Positions 1-9,708 of a stretch of 64,000 bases of DNA are shown here, piece after piece (position 1 is the first letter of the stretch; every line of letters begins with the position of its first letter). Both the position numbers and the translations under genes were made by a program. Source of the DNA: Vulcanimicrobiota bacterium (lineage in GTDB: Bacteria; Vulcanimicrobiota; Xenobia; Xenobiales; JADMJV01); NCBI GenBank assembly GCA_050250895.1, contig JBFWNU010000001.1, positions 1,544,008-1,608,007 on the forward strand, in the 5' to 3' direction. The notes beneath the pieces are model-generated. The model did not search any database and was not told where the DNA came from. It worked only from the letters and a program-made list of their open reading frames with translations.

Positions 1-1
1 C

Positions 2-790
2 CTGACGGTCAACAACGGGGTGACCGGGCAGGGAGTGCTGGTGACCACCGGTGCTCTGACCATCAACGGCGGCACCGACATTCGCCAGTCGCTGCTCGAT
101 CTGGCCCTGGTCAGCGGGGGCAAGACCACCCTCACCGGGGCTGGGCCCGAGACCTCTGCCTTTCACGGCGTGGTCTATGCCGGCGGCGGGCTCGAGGCTC
201 GGCGCATCGCCGTGGTGGGCACGCTGATCGCCAACAACGCGGCCGTGCCGGTCAGCCTCGAAGAAGTGGCCGTCTTCGAAAAGCCTGGCGAAGAGGGACC
301 CAAACCGGGCCTAGCCCAACTCGGGGTCACGCGCGGTCCCCTTTATCTAGGAACTCAACACGCCCTGGCCAAGGCCATCAGCGTTCAAGACTACAGCGGC
401 GTGTGGACCACTCAGGGAACCCCGAGCAACGCCTTGCTCAAGTTCGAAGCCACCCCCGTGTTAGTCAGCGGCCAGGTCACCTATGACTATACCTTGACCA
501 CCTTGACCACCCCCGCGCTGGTCTTGAGCGGACGAGGACGCAACGCTTTGAGCGGCGACATCGGCGTGACCTCGGGCCAGATGAACCCTTTTCGCCAGGC
601 CTTCGGTCTGCAGAACGGCAACGTTGGCCGCTACGGGTTATCGACGCTGCTAACTTATCTCGACGAGTTTGCGGCCGGGGTAGATACCGGCGACGAACCG
701 CCCGTCAACCCGGCTTTGATCCTCGAGGACCTGAGCAAGATTCTGCGCCTGGCCGACCGGGTGCGGGTGTTGGAGTGGGTCGAACGGTGA
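2..790 (+). CDS. C-terminal part of a large PilX/tip-like protein of a minor-pilin cluster (5' truncated by the window)
   Basis: Frame open from the window start; G/V/T-rich beta-type repeats (GVLVTTGALTING, GVVYAGG); stop overlaps the next prepilin start (GTGA). Confidence 0.55.
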   Translation: MTVNNGVTGQGVLVTTGALTINGGTDIRQSLLDLALVSGGKTTLTGAGPETSAFHGVVYAGGGLEARRIAVVGTLIANNAAVPVSLEEVAVFEKPGEEGPKPGLAQLGVTRGPLYLGTQHALAKAISVQDYSGVWTTQGTPSNALLKFEATPVLVSGQVTYDYTLTTLTTPALVLSGRGRNALSGDIGVTSGQMNPFRQAFGLQNGNVGRYGLSTLLTYLDEFAAGVDTGDEPPVNPALILEDLSKILRLADRVRVLEWVER

Positions 791-1155
791 AGCGAGGACA
801 CTCTCTGGCCGAAGTGGTCATTTCGATCTTCCTGCTGGGGTTGGTGGTGGGAGCCATTCTCAATTTGTGGCCCACCTCGCTGCTTTCGGTCGAGCGTAAC
901 GAGGCTCGTATGCAGGCCATGCATCTGGCCCAAAACGGGCTCGAGACCGTGGCTCGGGAGCCCTTTCAAAAGCTGCTGGTGCGACCGGTTCAGGTCGAGA
1001 CGATCGGGCGCGACGGGCGCGACTTCGTGCGCCGCCTCACGGTCACGGGCCTGGGTCCGTCACTATGCGAGTTGGTGGTCGAAGTGAGCTGGGAGGATCA
1101 CGGCCGCCAGGCCAGGGTGGAGGAGAGGCTGTTTGTCTCGGAACTTCACCGCTAG
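787..1155 (+). CDS. Type IV prepilin-like minor pilin (PilV/GspI-like)
   Basis: MKRG|HSLAEVVISIFLLGLVV: class III signal with Glu at +5 followed by a hydrophobic helix. Confidence 0.85.
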   Translation: MKRGHSLAEVVISIFLLGLVVGAILNLWPTSLLSVERNEARMQAMHLAQNGLETVAREPFQKLLVRPVQVETIGRDGRDFVRRLTVTGLGPSLCELVVEVSWEDHGRQARVEERLFVSELHR

Positions 1156-1750
1156 AGCCGGATTGAGTTTGCTCGAAGTGCTGGTGGCCATGGGGCTGGC
1201 CGCCCTGGTCGCCACCTATTTTCTGGCGATTCTGATTCCCAGTATCCGACATACCGGACGGGCCACCGCTCGGGCTAGTCTGGCCGAAGAAGCCATGCTC
1301 GTGTTCGACCACCTCGAGAAGGACCTGCGGGGTGCGGCGGCGCCCACCGTCTTTGACTATCAAGAGGCTGACGGCACCCGCTGGGTGGCCATCCAGCGAT
1401 TGATGGGAGTCGGCGCCTCGCGCACCCAGCGCTGGGACAGTCAAGAGGCCCCCTTCGCCGGAGTGGTCTATCGCTTCGGTGGCCCGTCCTTTCGGTTGGT
1501 GCGCTACGCTGACGTCGATTTGCAGTTGGTGGGCCTGGAAGACCCCAGCCTGACCAAGGTGAAAACGGCGGTGTCCGGCGCCCGCCAGGTCGAGATGGCA
1601 CCCCATCTGAGCGAGCTGCGCTGGCAAGAGGACACGGCCACCGGCCTCATGACGGTGGGCCTGACGCTGACGCGCAAAGATCCGGATCTGCAGCTGACCT
1701 TAGAGCGTGTGCTGGCTCCCCGCAACAGCCTGCGCACTTCGCACGAATAG
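1133..1750 (+). CDS. Type IV prepilin-like minor pilin (PilW/GspJ-like)
   Basis: RAG|LSLLEVLVAMGLAALV prepilin motif; overlaps the previous gene. Confidence 0.85.
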   Translation: MSRNFTARAGLSLLEVLVAMGLAALVATYFLAILIPSIRHTGRATARASLAEEAMLVFDHLEKDLRGAAAPTVFDYQEADGTRWVAIQRLMGVGASRTQRWDSQEAPFAGVVYRFGGPSFRLVRYADVDLQLVGLEDPSLTKVKTAVSGARQVEMAPHLSELRWQEDTATGLMTVGLTLTRKDPDLQLTLERVLAPRNSLRTSHE

Positions 1751-3322
1751 CTAGAGCGCTTTGAGCAGGCTGAGGGTGGGAGAGAGAGTGGCGATCAGGA
1801 ACACGGCCACGATGGCTCCCACCAGCATGGTCAGCAGAGGCTCGATCAAGGCGGGCAGGCTCTCGAGCCAGCGCGTCAACTCTTCTTCGGCCACCCGAGC
1901 CAGGCCCAACAGAATGCCTTCCAGTTGTCCCGCCTGCTCACCCACCTCGAGCAGGGCCAGAAAAGAGGGGTCGAAGCAGTTGGTACGTCCGAGCGCTTCG
2001 GTCAGGCCGGCTCCCGACTTGATGTCTTCGACCAGCTGCTGGGCCTGTCCGTTCAGGCGCTGGTGACCGGCCACGCGCACCGCCTGCGCCAGGCCTTCGA
2101 GCAGGTTCTGGCCGGCCCGCAGCGAGAGGTAAAGAGCGCGGGCCAACCTGGCTTGCATGGCCTGGCGCGAGAGGGCACCCAGGACCGGCACTCCTTCGGC
2201 CAGGAATTGCACTCGGTTTCGGCGACTCTGGCCGCCCGGGGCCGGGCCCATCCACCAGCCCAGGGCCCCCAGTCCCAGGACGAGAGTCAGCCAGGTGCCG
2301 GGCCAGGCGGCCCAGTTCGAAAACGTCATGAGGGCTCGGGTCAGCAGCGGTATGGTCGCGCCCGAGGCTTGCAAGAATTCGAGCTGGCCTTTGAGTAGCA
2401 GGGGGGGAATGAGCACTGCTCCCAGCAGGCACAGGCCCAGCACGAAGGCTGGGTAGATCAGGGCGCTGCGCAGGCGGTGGGCCTGGGCTTGAGAGCGCTC
2501 TTGATAGTCGGCTAGCAACTCGAGCACCTCTTGGAGCGTGCCCGACTCTTCGCCGGTGCGTACCATCTCGACCTGAAAGGCGTTAAACACTCGAGGAAAG
2601 CTCTGCAGGGCCTTCGACAGGGGGCGGCCCTGGTGGATCCGGGCGGCGAGGTGCTCGACCACCTCGACCATGCGGGGGTCTTCCTGGTCGCGGACCAGGC
2701 AGGCGAAGCACTCGGTGACCGGTAGGCCCACCTTGAGCATAGTGGCCAGGCTGCGCAGAAAGAGGCTGACCGAGCGCCCCCGCGGCGCCGAGGTGAGGTT
2801 GGGCGTGGCGCTGACAGGGGCGGGCGCCGCGGCCACCATCGGGCGAGCTCGTTGTTGCTTGTCGGGGAGGGGAATGTCGAGGCGTTCGCCCTCGAAGAGG
2901 GTGGCCTCGAGCCGGCGGGCGCAGGTGAGCAGCCACTTGAGGTCGTCGTGAAGAAAAGCCGGCGAGCGGGCCTGGCGATCGGCGTAGAGAATGCCCCATA
3001 CTCCGTGGCTGGGGTGAAACAGCGGGGCGGCCACGATCGAGCGCACGTCGCTGACTTGCAGGCTGGCGGCGTCGCGAAAATCGGGATGACGGCTGGCGTC
3101 GGCCGTCCACAGCGGTTGGGCGCTATGGAAGACCTTGCGAAAGACGGTGGTGCTCATGGGCGCCTCGGCCAGGCCGACGCATTTTTCCAGGCCATGGGCG
3201 CCCTCGATCTGATAGTCCTGACCGTGGGGGCTGGATAAAATCAGGGCCCGGTCCGGGCGAAGAGCAGCTACCATGACCTGCATGGCGTTGGTGAGGGTCT
3301 CCTGGCGCGAAGGGTCGCTCAC
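1751..3322 (-). CDS. GAF domain fused to a T2SS-F/PilC inner-membrane platform protein
   Basis: N-terminal GAF signature (VRSIVAAPL..WGILYAD); two T2SSF domains (LATMLKVGLP, GEESGTL, LIYP, VGEQAGQLE, LIEP). Confidence 0.85.
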   Translation of the reverse strand: MSDPSRQETLTNAMQVMVAALRPDRALILSSPHGQDYQIEGAHGLEKCVGLAEAPMSTTVFRKVFHSAQPLWTADASRHPDFRDAASLQVSDVRSIVAAPLFHPSHGVWGILYADRQARSPAFLHDDLKWLLTCARRLEATLFEGERLDIPLPDKQQRARPMVAAAPAPVSATPNLTSAPRGRSVSLFLRSLATMLKVGLPVTECFACLVRDQEDPRMVEVVEHLAARIHQGRPLSKALQSFPRVFNAFQVEMVRTGEESGTLQEVLELLADYQERSQAQAHRLRSALIYPAFVLGLCLLGAVLIPPLLLKGQLEFLQASGATIPLLTRALMTFSNWAAWPGTWLTLVLGLGALGWWMGPAPGGQSRRNRVQFLAEGVPVLGALSRQAMQARLARALYLSLRAGQNLLEGLAQAVRVAGHQRLNGQAQQLVEDIKSGAGLTEALGRTNCFDPSFLALLEVGEQAGQLEGILLGLARVAEEELTRWLESLPALIEPLLTMLVGAIVAVFLIATLSPTLSLLKAL

Positions 3323-4596
3323 CGATAACCCTCGAGGGCCGCCATCAGAGCGTGGGTGGCCTCTTCGGTGGTGGTGAAGCGCTCGGCCGTGGTCTTGGCC
3401 AGCATCTTGAGCACGGCCGCATCGACCTCGTCGGGCAGGGTGGGGTTGAACTGGCTGGGTGGAGGCGGGCTGCTGGTCATTTGGGCGAACAGTAACTGCA
3501 TCACGTCGCGAGTGTCGAAAGGCAAGCGCCCGGTCAGCACCTCGTAGGCGATGATGCCCAGAGAATACTGATCGGTGCGGGGATCCAGGTCGTTGCCCTG
3601 GATCTGCTCGGGAGCCATGTAGGCGGGTGTGCCCAGGGCGGTGCCGGTCTGGGTGAGCTTCTCGGAGTCTTCTTGCTTGGCCAGGCCGAAATCCATCACC
3701 TTGAGCAGACCCTTCTCGGTCAGCATGATGTTGTCTGGCTTGAGGTCGCGATGGACCACCCCGCGCGAGTGGGCGTAGACCAGGGCCCCGAACAGAGCCG
3801 AGAGGACCTGGCGGGCCTGGTCGGGGGCCGGCCGGCCCTGCTCGAGCAGGTCGCCCAGGGTCTGGCCCCGCACGAATTCCATGACCAGATAGAAGCGACC
3901 CTGGTGTTCACCCCACGATAGCACGCGCACGATATTGGGATGGTCAAGGCGGGCGCAGATCTCGGCCTCGCGTTCGAATCTTTTGGCGAAGTCTCGCTGG
4001 CGGGCCAGATCCGAAGCGATCACCTTGACGGCCACGGCCCGTTCGGGGTCGAGATTGTCATAGGGAAGGCCGCGATAGACGGTGGCCATCCCTCCCTGAC
4101 CCAGAGCATCCACCAGCTGATAGTCGGCGATCCGCTCCGAGAATAGGCTCTTCACCCTGGCCGTATCGCCGGCGTAGCCTTCTAGCGTGGTGAGGCGTTG
4201 CTCGGCGTCGAGCCCGCGCTTGCGATTGCGCCAGAAGCCGGCCAGGGCAGCGGCGGCCAGGGCCAGCACCAGCCACACCCAGGCGGGGGGGTGAAAGAGG
4301 AAGTCCTTGATGGCCACTGCCGTCGATTCGGGTTTGAGGCGGATCGGCTCTTCGAAAGTGCTGGCCAGCACGGCCGGGTCGACCGGGATGGTGCGATTCT
4401 GGTGGCCCTCGAGCACGAACTGGATGGTGACGTTACCCTGGTTTGGGTCAAACTCGATCTGGGTGGGGGTGACCCCTAGCTCGTTGTTCTGCAAATACAC
4501 CCTGGCACCGGGCGGATAGCTTCTCACCCAGACCTGATCGGCCCAACTGCCGGCGCTCAGACAAGACAACAGCGCAATGGCCCAGAATACTCGCAC
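3319..4596 (-). CDS. Receptor-like Ser/Thr kinase: signal peptide, PEGA domain, TM helix, cytoplasmic kinase
   Basis: [14 protein letters not shown] (PEGA); [24 protein letters not shown]. Confidence 0.9.
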   Translation of the reverse strand: MRVFWAIALLSCLSAGSWADQVWVRSYPPGARVYLQNNELGVTPTQIEFDPNQGNVTIQFVLEGHQNRTIPVDPAVLASTFEEPIRLKPESTAVAIKDFLFHPPAWVWLVLALAAAALAGFWRNRKRGLDAEQRLTTLEGYAGDTARVKSLFSERIADYQLVDALGQGGMATVYRGLPYDNLDPERAVAVKVIASDLARQRDFAKRFEREAEICARLDHPNIVRVLSWGEHQGRFYLVMEFVRGQTLGDLLEQGRPAPDQARQVLSALFGALVYAHSRGVVHRDLKPDNIMLTEKGLLKVMDFGLAKQEDSEKLTQTGTALGTPAYMAPEQIQGNDLDPRTDQYSLGIIAYEVLTGRLPFDTRDVMQLLFAQMTSSPPPPSQFNPTLPDEVDAAVLKMLAKTTAERFTTTEEATHALMAALEGYR

Positions 4597-4673
4597 TCCC
4601 AGAGTTTTCTGGTGGTCAGGAAGAGCTCCTTCACCCCGGGGGATGGTATCGCGTGCGGAACGAATGCCCCGGC

Positions 4674-4898
4674 ATGCAAAAATGGTTGTTCGTGTTCTTT
4701 CTCTTCGGGCTGGGCTCGGCTTCGGCCGAGACCTGGCAGTCGCCCCGCTGGGGCACCAGCTGGATGAGAGTGCCGGGGGTGCTCACCGCCAGCGGTGATC
4801 GCTATCGGGGCGGGTATTTCGGCATCTGGTTCAGTCCCGATTTCAGCCCCGAGCAGATTCGTCAGGTGCTGGCTGGTGTGAAGGCCTACCAGCCCTAG
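4674..4898 (+). CDS. Small putative secreted protein
   Basis: Signal peptide MQKWLFVFFLFGLGSASA; stop overlaps the convergent MFS stop. Confidence 0.5.
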   Translation: MQKWLFVFFLFGLGSASAETWQSPRWGTSWMRVPGVLTASGDRYRGGYFGIWFSPDFSPEQIRQVLAGVKAYQP

Positions 4899-6247
4899 AC
4901 CTGAGGCTCGTCGTCGTCGGCCCCGGTGTGGCGGGGCGAGGCGTTCCAGCAGAAGGCGAAGGCCACCGCCGAAGCCAGGGCGCAGGCGATCAATAGCGAG
5001 AAGCCGCCGTCCCAGCCGTAGGTCTCGACCACTTTGCCCAGGCCATAGCCCGAGAGCACGCCGCTGAGATAGCCGAAGAAGCCAGTGAGTCCGATGGCCG
5101 TTGCCGCGGCTCGCTTGGTGGCCAGATCCGCTGTCATCACCCCCACCAAGAACTGGGGGCCGTAGATGAGAAACCCCACCGCCAGCAGAGTAATGCTGTC
5201 GAGCCACTGGCTACCCTCGGGAACCTTCCAGAACAGAAAGATGGCCGCCGCCGTGCCCAGCATATAGACCACGCACACCGGGGCCCGGCGGCTGGCCAGA
5301 TAGCGGTCGGTGATGTAGCCGGCTAACAGCGAGCCCACCAGGCCGGCCAGCTCGAAACCGGCCGTCATGGCTCCCGCCTGGGTCAGGTCGATGTGCTTGG
5401 CCTGGTTGAGATAGGTGGGCGCCCAGTTGAGAAAGCCGTAGCGCACCACGTAGACAAAGAAATTGCCCAGGCAGATCAGCCAGATGTAGGGGTTGGCAAA
5501 GACATGGTGACGCAGGAAGGCCCGAAACTCGGGACCCGATTGGTCTTCGTCGCCGTCGGCTCGGGGCACGCTGGTGTCACCGGTGTATTCTTCGACCGGG
5601 CCAAGCCCGACCGAGGCCGGGGTGTCCCGCAGGTGAACGGCCAGGAAGACACTGATGACCAGGGCGATCAATCCCGGCCCGAAAAAGCACCAGCGCCAGC
5701 CGTAGTTCTCACCGAGATAGCCGGCCAGAATCAAGATGACGGCCGCGCCCACCATGTGCGAGGTGTTCCAGATGCCCCACATCACCCCACGCTCTTTGGG
5801 CGAGAACCAGTGGGACAGGACCCGGGCGCAAGGTGGAAAGCCCATACCCTGGAACCAGCCGTTGAGCATCCACACGATGCCCATGGTCAGGGCCGCATAA
5901 CTAAACCCGAAGACGAAGTTGATGATGGCCGAAACTCCCAGACCGATCGCCATGAAGTAGCGAGGGTTGGAACGGTCGGCCAGCATGCCGTTGAGAAACT
6001 TCGAGCATCCGTAGAGCAGGTCGTGCAGGGTGAGAAAGCCGCCCAGGCTGGACTTGCTGATGCCCAGGTCTTTCTCCATCAGCGGCATGGCCACCGAGAT
6101 GTTTTTACGAACAAAGTAGTAGACCGCGTAGCCGATGAAGGTGGTGTAAAGTTGGCGGATGCGCCAGTAGCGGTAGCTGGTCTGCACCTCTTCGGGGCTG
6201 CCGCTGAGGCGCTCGATGGCCGGGGGCGGGGTGAAGAGGGCTCGCAT
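4895..6247 (-). CDS. MFS organophosphate:Pi antiporter (GlpT/UhpC/PgtP family)
   Basis: FIGYAVYYFVRKN, NGWFQGMGFPPC, ERG..WGIWNTSH, GFLIYGPQ; start at MRALF. Confidence 0.92.
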   Translation of the reverse strand: MRALFTPPPAIERLSGSPEEVQTSYRYWRIRQLYTTFIGYAVYYFVRKNISVAMPLMEKDLGISKSSLGGFLTLHDLLYGCSKFLNGMLADRSNPRYFMAIGLGVSAIINFVFGFSYAALTMGIVWMLNGWFQGMGFPPCARVLSHWFSPKERGVMWGIWNTSHMVGAAVILILAGYLGENYGWRWCFFGPGLIALVISVFLAVHLRDTPASVGLGPVEEYTGDTSVPRADGDEDQSGPEFRAFLRHHVFANPYIWLICLGNFFVYVVRYGFLNWAPTYLNQAKHIDLTQAGAMTAGFELAGLVGSLLAGYITDRYLASRRAPVCVVYMLGTAAAIFLFWKVPEGSQWLDSITLLAVGFLIYGPQFLVGVMTADLATKRAAATAIGLTGFFGYLSGVLSGYGLGKVVETYGWDGGFSLLIACALASAVAFAFCWNASPRHTGADDDEPQV

Positions 6248-6328
6248 AAAGCGTGGCTTTCGCCGGCCGGGTTGTGAACCCTCGGAGAAGTCCAGGAGCC
6301 TTACCGGTCGGGCCAGAATGAAGGGGAA

Positions 6329-6859
6329 GTGAAGAGACGCGCCTTTACCCTGGTCGAGATTCTGATCGCCATGGCGGTGCTGGTGATTTTGGCCGCCGGG
6401 GTCTTCTTTTCGGTCCAGAACACCCGCAATCGCGCGCGCAATGCCGCGATTCTGGCGGCGGCCCGCACCATCGCCGCCGATCAGGTGACCCCGCTGGTCG
6501 GCAAGTTCGATCAGGAGCATCGCTACGGCGGGGCCAACAACGTGAAGTTCTTCAACGGGCAACTGGCCCGCAATCTACAACGCGGCCCCACCGGCAACAT
6601 CTACAGCTATCGCAACCCCGTCTCGCTCAGCGGCGAGGTCGTCGCCCGCGGGGCTCCCAGCGAGCCCGCCCCGGCCATCTACATCACCAACCGCAACAAC
6701 TATACCTACGAGCGGGTGGGGCGCAGCGACAAGCGACTCGAGCGGGTCGAGGGGTCGATCATCATCTGGATGTCGAATAGCTCGCCCGACTTCGAGGTCT
6801 ACTACATCGACACCGACGGTGAGCGCAGCGATTTTCGCTGGACAGCCTCGGGCCCCTAG
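6329..6859 (+). CDS. Type IV pilin/pseudopilin
   Basis: MKRRA|FTLVEILIAMAVLVILAA. Confidence 0.9.
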   Translation: MKRRAFTLVEILIAMAVLVILAAGVFFSVQNTRNRARNAAILAAARTIAADQVTPLVGKFDQEHRYGGANNVKFFNGQLARNLQRGPTGNIYSYRNPVSLSGEVVARGAPSEPAPAIYITNRNNYTYERVGRSDKRLERVEGSIIIWMSNSSPDFEVYYIDTDGERSDFRWTASGP

Positions 6860-7770
6860 AAGACGTCGGCCAGATCGGTGAACTCTTCCTGGCGAGCCAG
6901 ATCGCCGGGCGTCTGCCCCTGATTGTCTTTCAGACTTGCGTTGGCGCCCTTTTGCAACAGTATCTGGGCGGCCTCTTTCGAGTCGTTGGCGGCAGCGTAG
7001 TGAAGCGCGTTCTGGCCTTTGGCGTCGACGCGGTTTGGATCGGCCCCGGCCTCGAGCAACAGCTCGAGCACCGGCACTTCGCCCTGGGCGGCGGCCAGAT
7101 GCAGAGCGGTCTGGCCTTGCTTGTTGGCCGCCGTCACGGTGACCCCGGCTTTCAGGACCGCCTCGGTGGCTTCGGAGCTGTTGCTTTTGACCGCGTAGTG
7201 GAGGGCGGTGTTGCCTGCCTCGTCGGCCTGATCAGGGCGTGCTCCGGCCTCGAGCAGAGGGGTCACCAGCTCGGGCCTGGCTTCGAAGACGGCCCATTGC
7301 AGGGGGGTCGTGCCGCCGGGCCCGACTCCGTTGGGGTTGGCACCCAGCTTCACCAGTTCGGCTACCATCGGTTGGTTCCCGGTCAGGATGGCCGCCTGCA
7401 GGGGCAACTTGCCGTCTAATCCCGGCGCGTTCAAGAGTTCGGGCTGGGATTTGGCCAGGGAGGCCACGCTCTTTTGGTCGCCCTTCTCGATGGCCGTGAT
7501 GAGAGAGTTGCTTTCTGCTTGTTGCTCGACCTTGCGAGTGGCGGCCAGATAGGGAGCCCCCACCATCAAGACGATCGCCAGCACCGCCGCTGCCACCAAA
7601 ACGCCCATCGAGCGGCCGGACAGGCTGGCCGCCCCTTCGGGCTCGACCTCGGTAACGAGATGACCCGCTTCCGAGAGACGGGCAATGGCCTCGACCTTGC
7701 TCTCGGCCTCGATCGTGCCGTGTTTCTTCTGCCCTTGCGAGTCGGTTACGGTATAGCGAAACTTGGCCAC
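6856..7770 (-). CDS. Membrane-anchored ankyrin-repeat protein with a PilC-like N-terminal domain
   Basis: GTG start MAKFRYTVTDSQGQKKHGTIEAES; one TM helix; about six ANK repeats (GTTPLQWA, GNTALHYA, GQTALHLA, GQNALHYA). Confidence 0.85.
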   Translation of the reverse strand: MAKFRYTVTDSQGQKKHGTIEAESKVEAIARLSEAGHLVTEVEPEGAASLSGRSMGVLVAAAVLAIVLMVGAPYLAATRKVEQQAESNSLITAIEKGDQKSVASLAKSQPELLNAPGLDGKLPLQAAILTGNQPMVAELVKLGANPNGVGPGGTTPLQWAVFEARPELVTPLLEAGARPDQADEAGNTALHYAVKSNSSEATEAVLKAGVTVTAANKQGQTALHLAAAQGEVPVLELLLEAGADPNRVDAKGQNALHYAAANDSKEAAQILLQKGANASLKDNQGQTPGDLARQEEFTDLADVF

Positions 7771-7842
7771 GATACTCTCTTGGACGGCCCGGCCGGTTTT
7801 CCTCGGAAGGACTCGGGCGCTTGGGCTGGGAACGGCCAGCCT

Positions 7843-8658
7843 ATGACAGACCTCACCACCAGAATCGAAGAAGCCTTTCAAGACCGCCAACTGCTCTCGA
7901 AGCCTGAATATCGGCAGGCGGTCGAAGACACCATCGAGGGCCTCGACAGCGGTCGCCTGAGGGTGGCCGAAAAGCAGGCCGGCGGGTGGGTCGTCAACGC
8001 CTGGGTCAAACAGGCCATTCTGCTTTATTTCGCGGTGGCCGAAATGAAGGTGTTCGAGGTCGGGCCTTTCGAGTTCTATGACAAGATTCCACTCAAGCGC
8101 AACCTGAAGGAAGCCGGCGTGCGGGTGGTTCCCCCAGGAACGGCCCGGCGAGGCAGCTTTCTCGAGCCGGGGGCCATCCTGATGCCCGGCTATGTCAACA
8201 TCGGCGCCCGGGTGGGTGCCGGTACCATGGTCGACACCTGGGCCACCGTGGGCAGTTGCGCCCAGATCGGTTCCCATGTGCACCTGTCGGGCGGAGTGGG
8301 TATCGGGGGCGTGCTCGAGCCCCCCGGGGCCACCCCCGTGATCGTCGAAGATGGAGCCTTCATTGGCAGTCGCTGCATTGTGGTCGAAGGGGTGGTGGTC
8401 GAGCAAGAAGCGGTGCTGGGGGCCAACGTGGTCCTGACCGCCTCGACCCCTATCGTGGATGTAACGGGCTCTGAGGCGAAGATCACCAAAGGGCGGGTTC
8501 CGGCTCGCTCGGTGGTCATCCCCGGTACGATGCCCAAGGAATTCCCGGCCGGTACCTACGGTGTGCCCTGCGCTCTTCTCATCGGTCAGCGTAAAGAGTC
8601 GACCGATAAAAAGACCAGCCTCAACGAGGCACTGCGCGAGTTTCGTGTCGACGTCTGA
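7843..8658 (+). CDS. dapD: 2,3,4,5-tetrahydropyridine-2,6-dicarboxylate N-succinyltransferase
   Basis: WVKQAILLYF, YDKIPLK, MVDTWATVGSCAQIG..VHLSGGVGIGGVLEP, KTSLNEALR. Confidence 0.97.
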   Translation: MTDLTTRIEEAFQDRQLLSKPEYRQAVEDTIEGLDSGRLRVAEKQAGGWVVNAWVKQAILLYFAVAEMKVFEVGPFEFYDKIPLKRNLKEAGVRVVPPGTARRGSFLEPGAILMPGYVNIGARVGAGTMVDTWATVGSCAQIGSHVHLSGGVGIGGVLEPPGATPVIVEDGAFIGSRCIVVEGVVVEQEAVLGANVVLTASTPIVDVTGSEAKITKGRVPARSVVIPGTMPKEFPAGTYGVPCALLIGQRKESTDKKTSLNEALREFRVDV

Positions 8659-9673
8659 GTTAGCTCGCCGCACTCTCGAACTGGTCTCGGTGGCCAGCGT
8701 CACCCGAGCCGAGAAGGCCCTGGCCGATCAAACCCAGGAGTGGGCCCTGAGGCACTTCGGGGCCGAGCGCGTGCGTCGCTGGCGTGACGGGGTGCTGGTC
8801 TTGCCGTCAGGAGCCGGCCCGCACCTGGCTCTGGTGGGGCACCTCGACACCGTGCCTCCGGCCGCCGGTCAGCCCACCGAGATTCGCGACGGCCGGGTCT
8901 ACGGGTGCGGAGCCAGCGACATGAAGGCTGGGGTGGCCGTCATGATGGCCCTGCTCGAGCGCTATGATGCGGTCGGTGTCTTTTATGACCGGGAAGAGGG
9001 TCCGGGCGACGAGAACGGGCTGGTGCCCCTGCTCGAGCTGGCCCCCGCCCTCGCTCTGGCCATCGTGCTCGAGCCCACCAACAACGAGGTTCAGGTTGGC
9101 TGCGTGGGCAGCCTGCACGCGCGCGTTACGGTGGCTGGTCAGCGGGCCCACTCGGCCCGTCCCTGGCAAGGCAAGAATGCCGTTTACGAGGCTCTTCCTC
9201 TCTTGCAGCGTCTGGCCGGTCTGGAACGGCGCCAGGTGCAGGTGCAGGGCCAGACCTTCTATGAGGTGCTTACCGTCACCCAGGCCAACACCGGCAATCC
9301 GCGCAACGCCGTGCCCGATGCTCTGGTGCTCAACCTGAACTATCGGTTCGCTCCGGGGCGCGACGAGCAATCCGCCCGAGCTCAGGTCCTCGAGGCCTGC
9401 CAGGGCCATGAGGTCGAGATCCTCGATTTCGCCCCGGCCGGAGCGGTTTGTCTTGATCATCCACGACTCGACGCCTGGATCAAGAAGCAGGGCCTGGTGG
9501 TCACCTCAAAGCAGGCCTGGACCGACGTGGCTCAACTCACGGCCCGCGGCGTGCCGGCCGTCAATTTTGGCCCCGGCGAGCCGGCTCAGGCCCACCAGGC
9601 GGGGGAATGGGCCGAGATCGCCGCCATCGAGGCCAACTACGAGCACTTGATCCAGCTGCTCGATTGCAGGTAG
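8645..9673 (+). CDS. dapE: Succinyl-diaminopimelate desuccinylase (M20 family)
   Basis: GHLDTV, GASDMK, EE, HSARPW, WTDVA, GPG..AH; overlaps dapD. Confidence 0.9.
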   Translation: MSTSELARRTLELVSVASVTRAEKALADQTQEWALRHFGAERVRRWRDGVLVLPSGAGPHLALVGHLDTVPPAAGQPTEIRDGRVYGCGASDMKAGVAVMMALLERYDAVGVFYDREEGPGDENGLVPLLELAPALALAIVLEPTNNEVQVGCVGSLHARVTVAGQRAHSARPWQGKNAVYEALPLLQRLAGLERRQVQVQGQTFYEVLTVTQANTGNPRNAVPDALVLNLNYRFAPGRDEQSARAQVLEACQGHEVEILDFAPAGAVCLDHPRLDAWIKKQGLVVTSKQAWTDVAQLTARGVPAVNFGPGEPAQAHQAGEWAEIAAIEANYEHLIQLLDCR

Positions 9674-9708
9674 AGGACGGCCAGGGTCACGAATCGGCCG
9701 ACATTCCG

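Noticed and set aside
7771-8703. N-terminal 310 aa of the 615-aa ORF 6856..8703
   Set aside because: Antisense shadow of dapD; the real gene starts at GTG 7770
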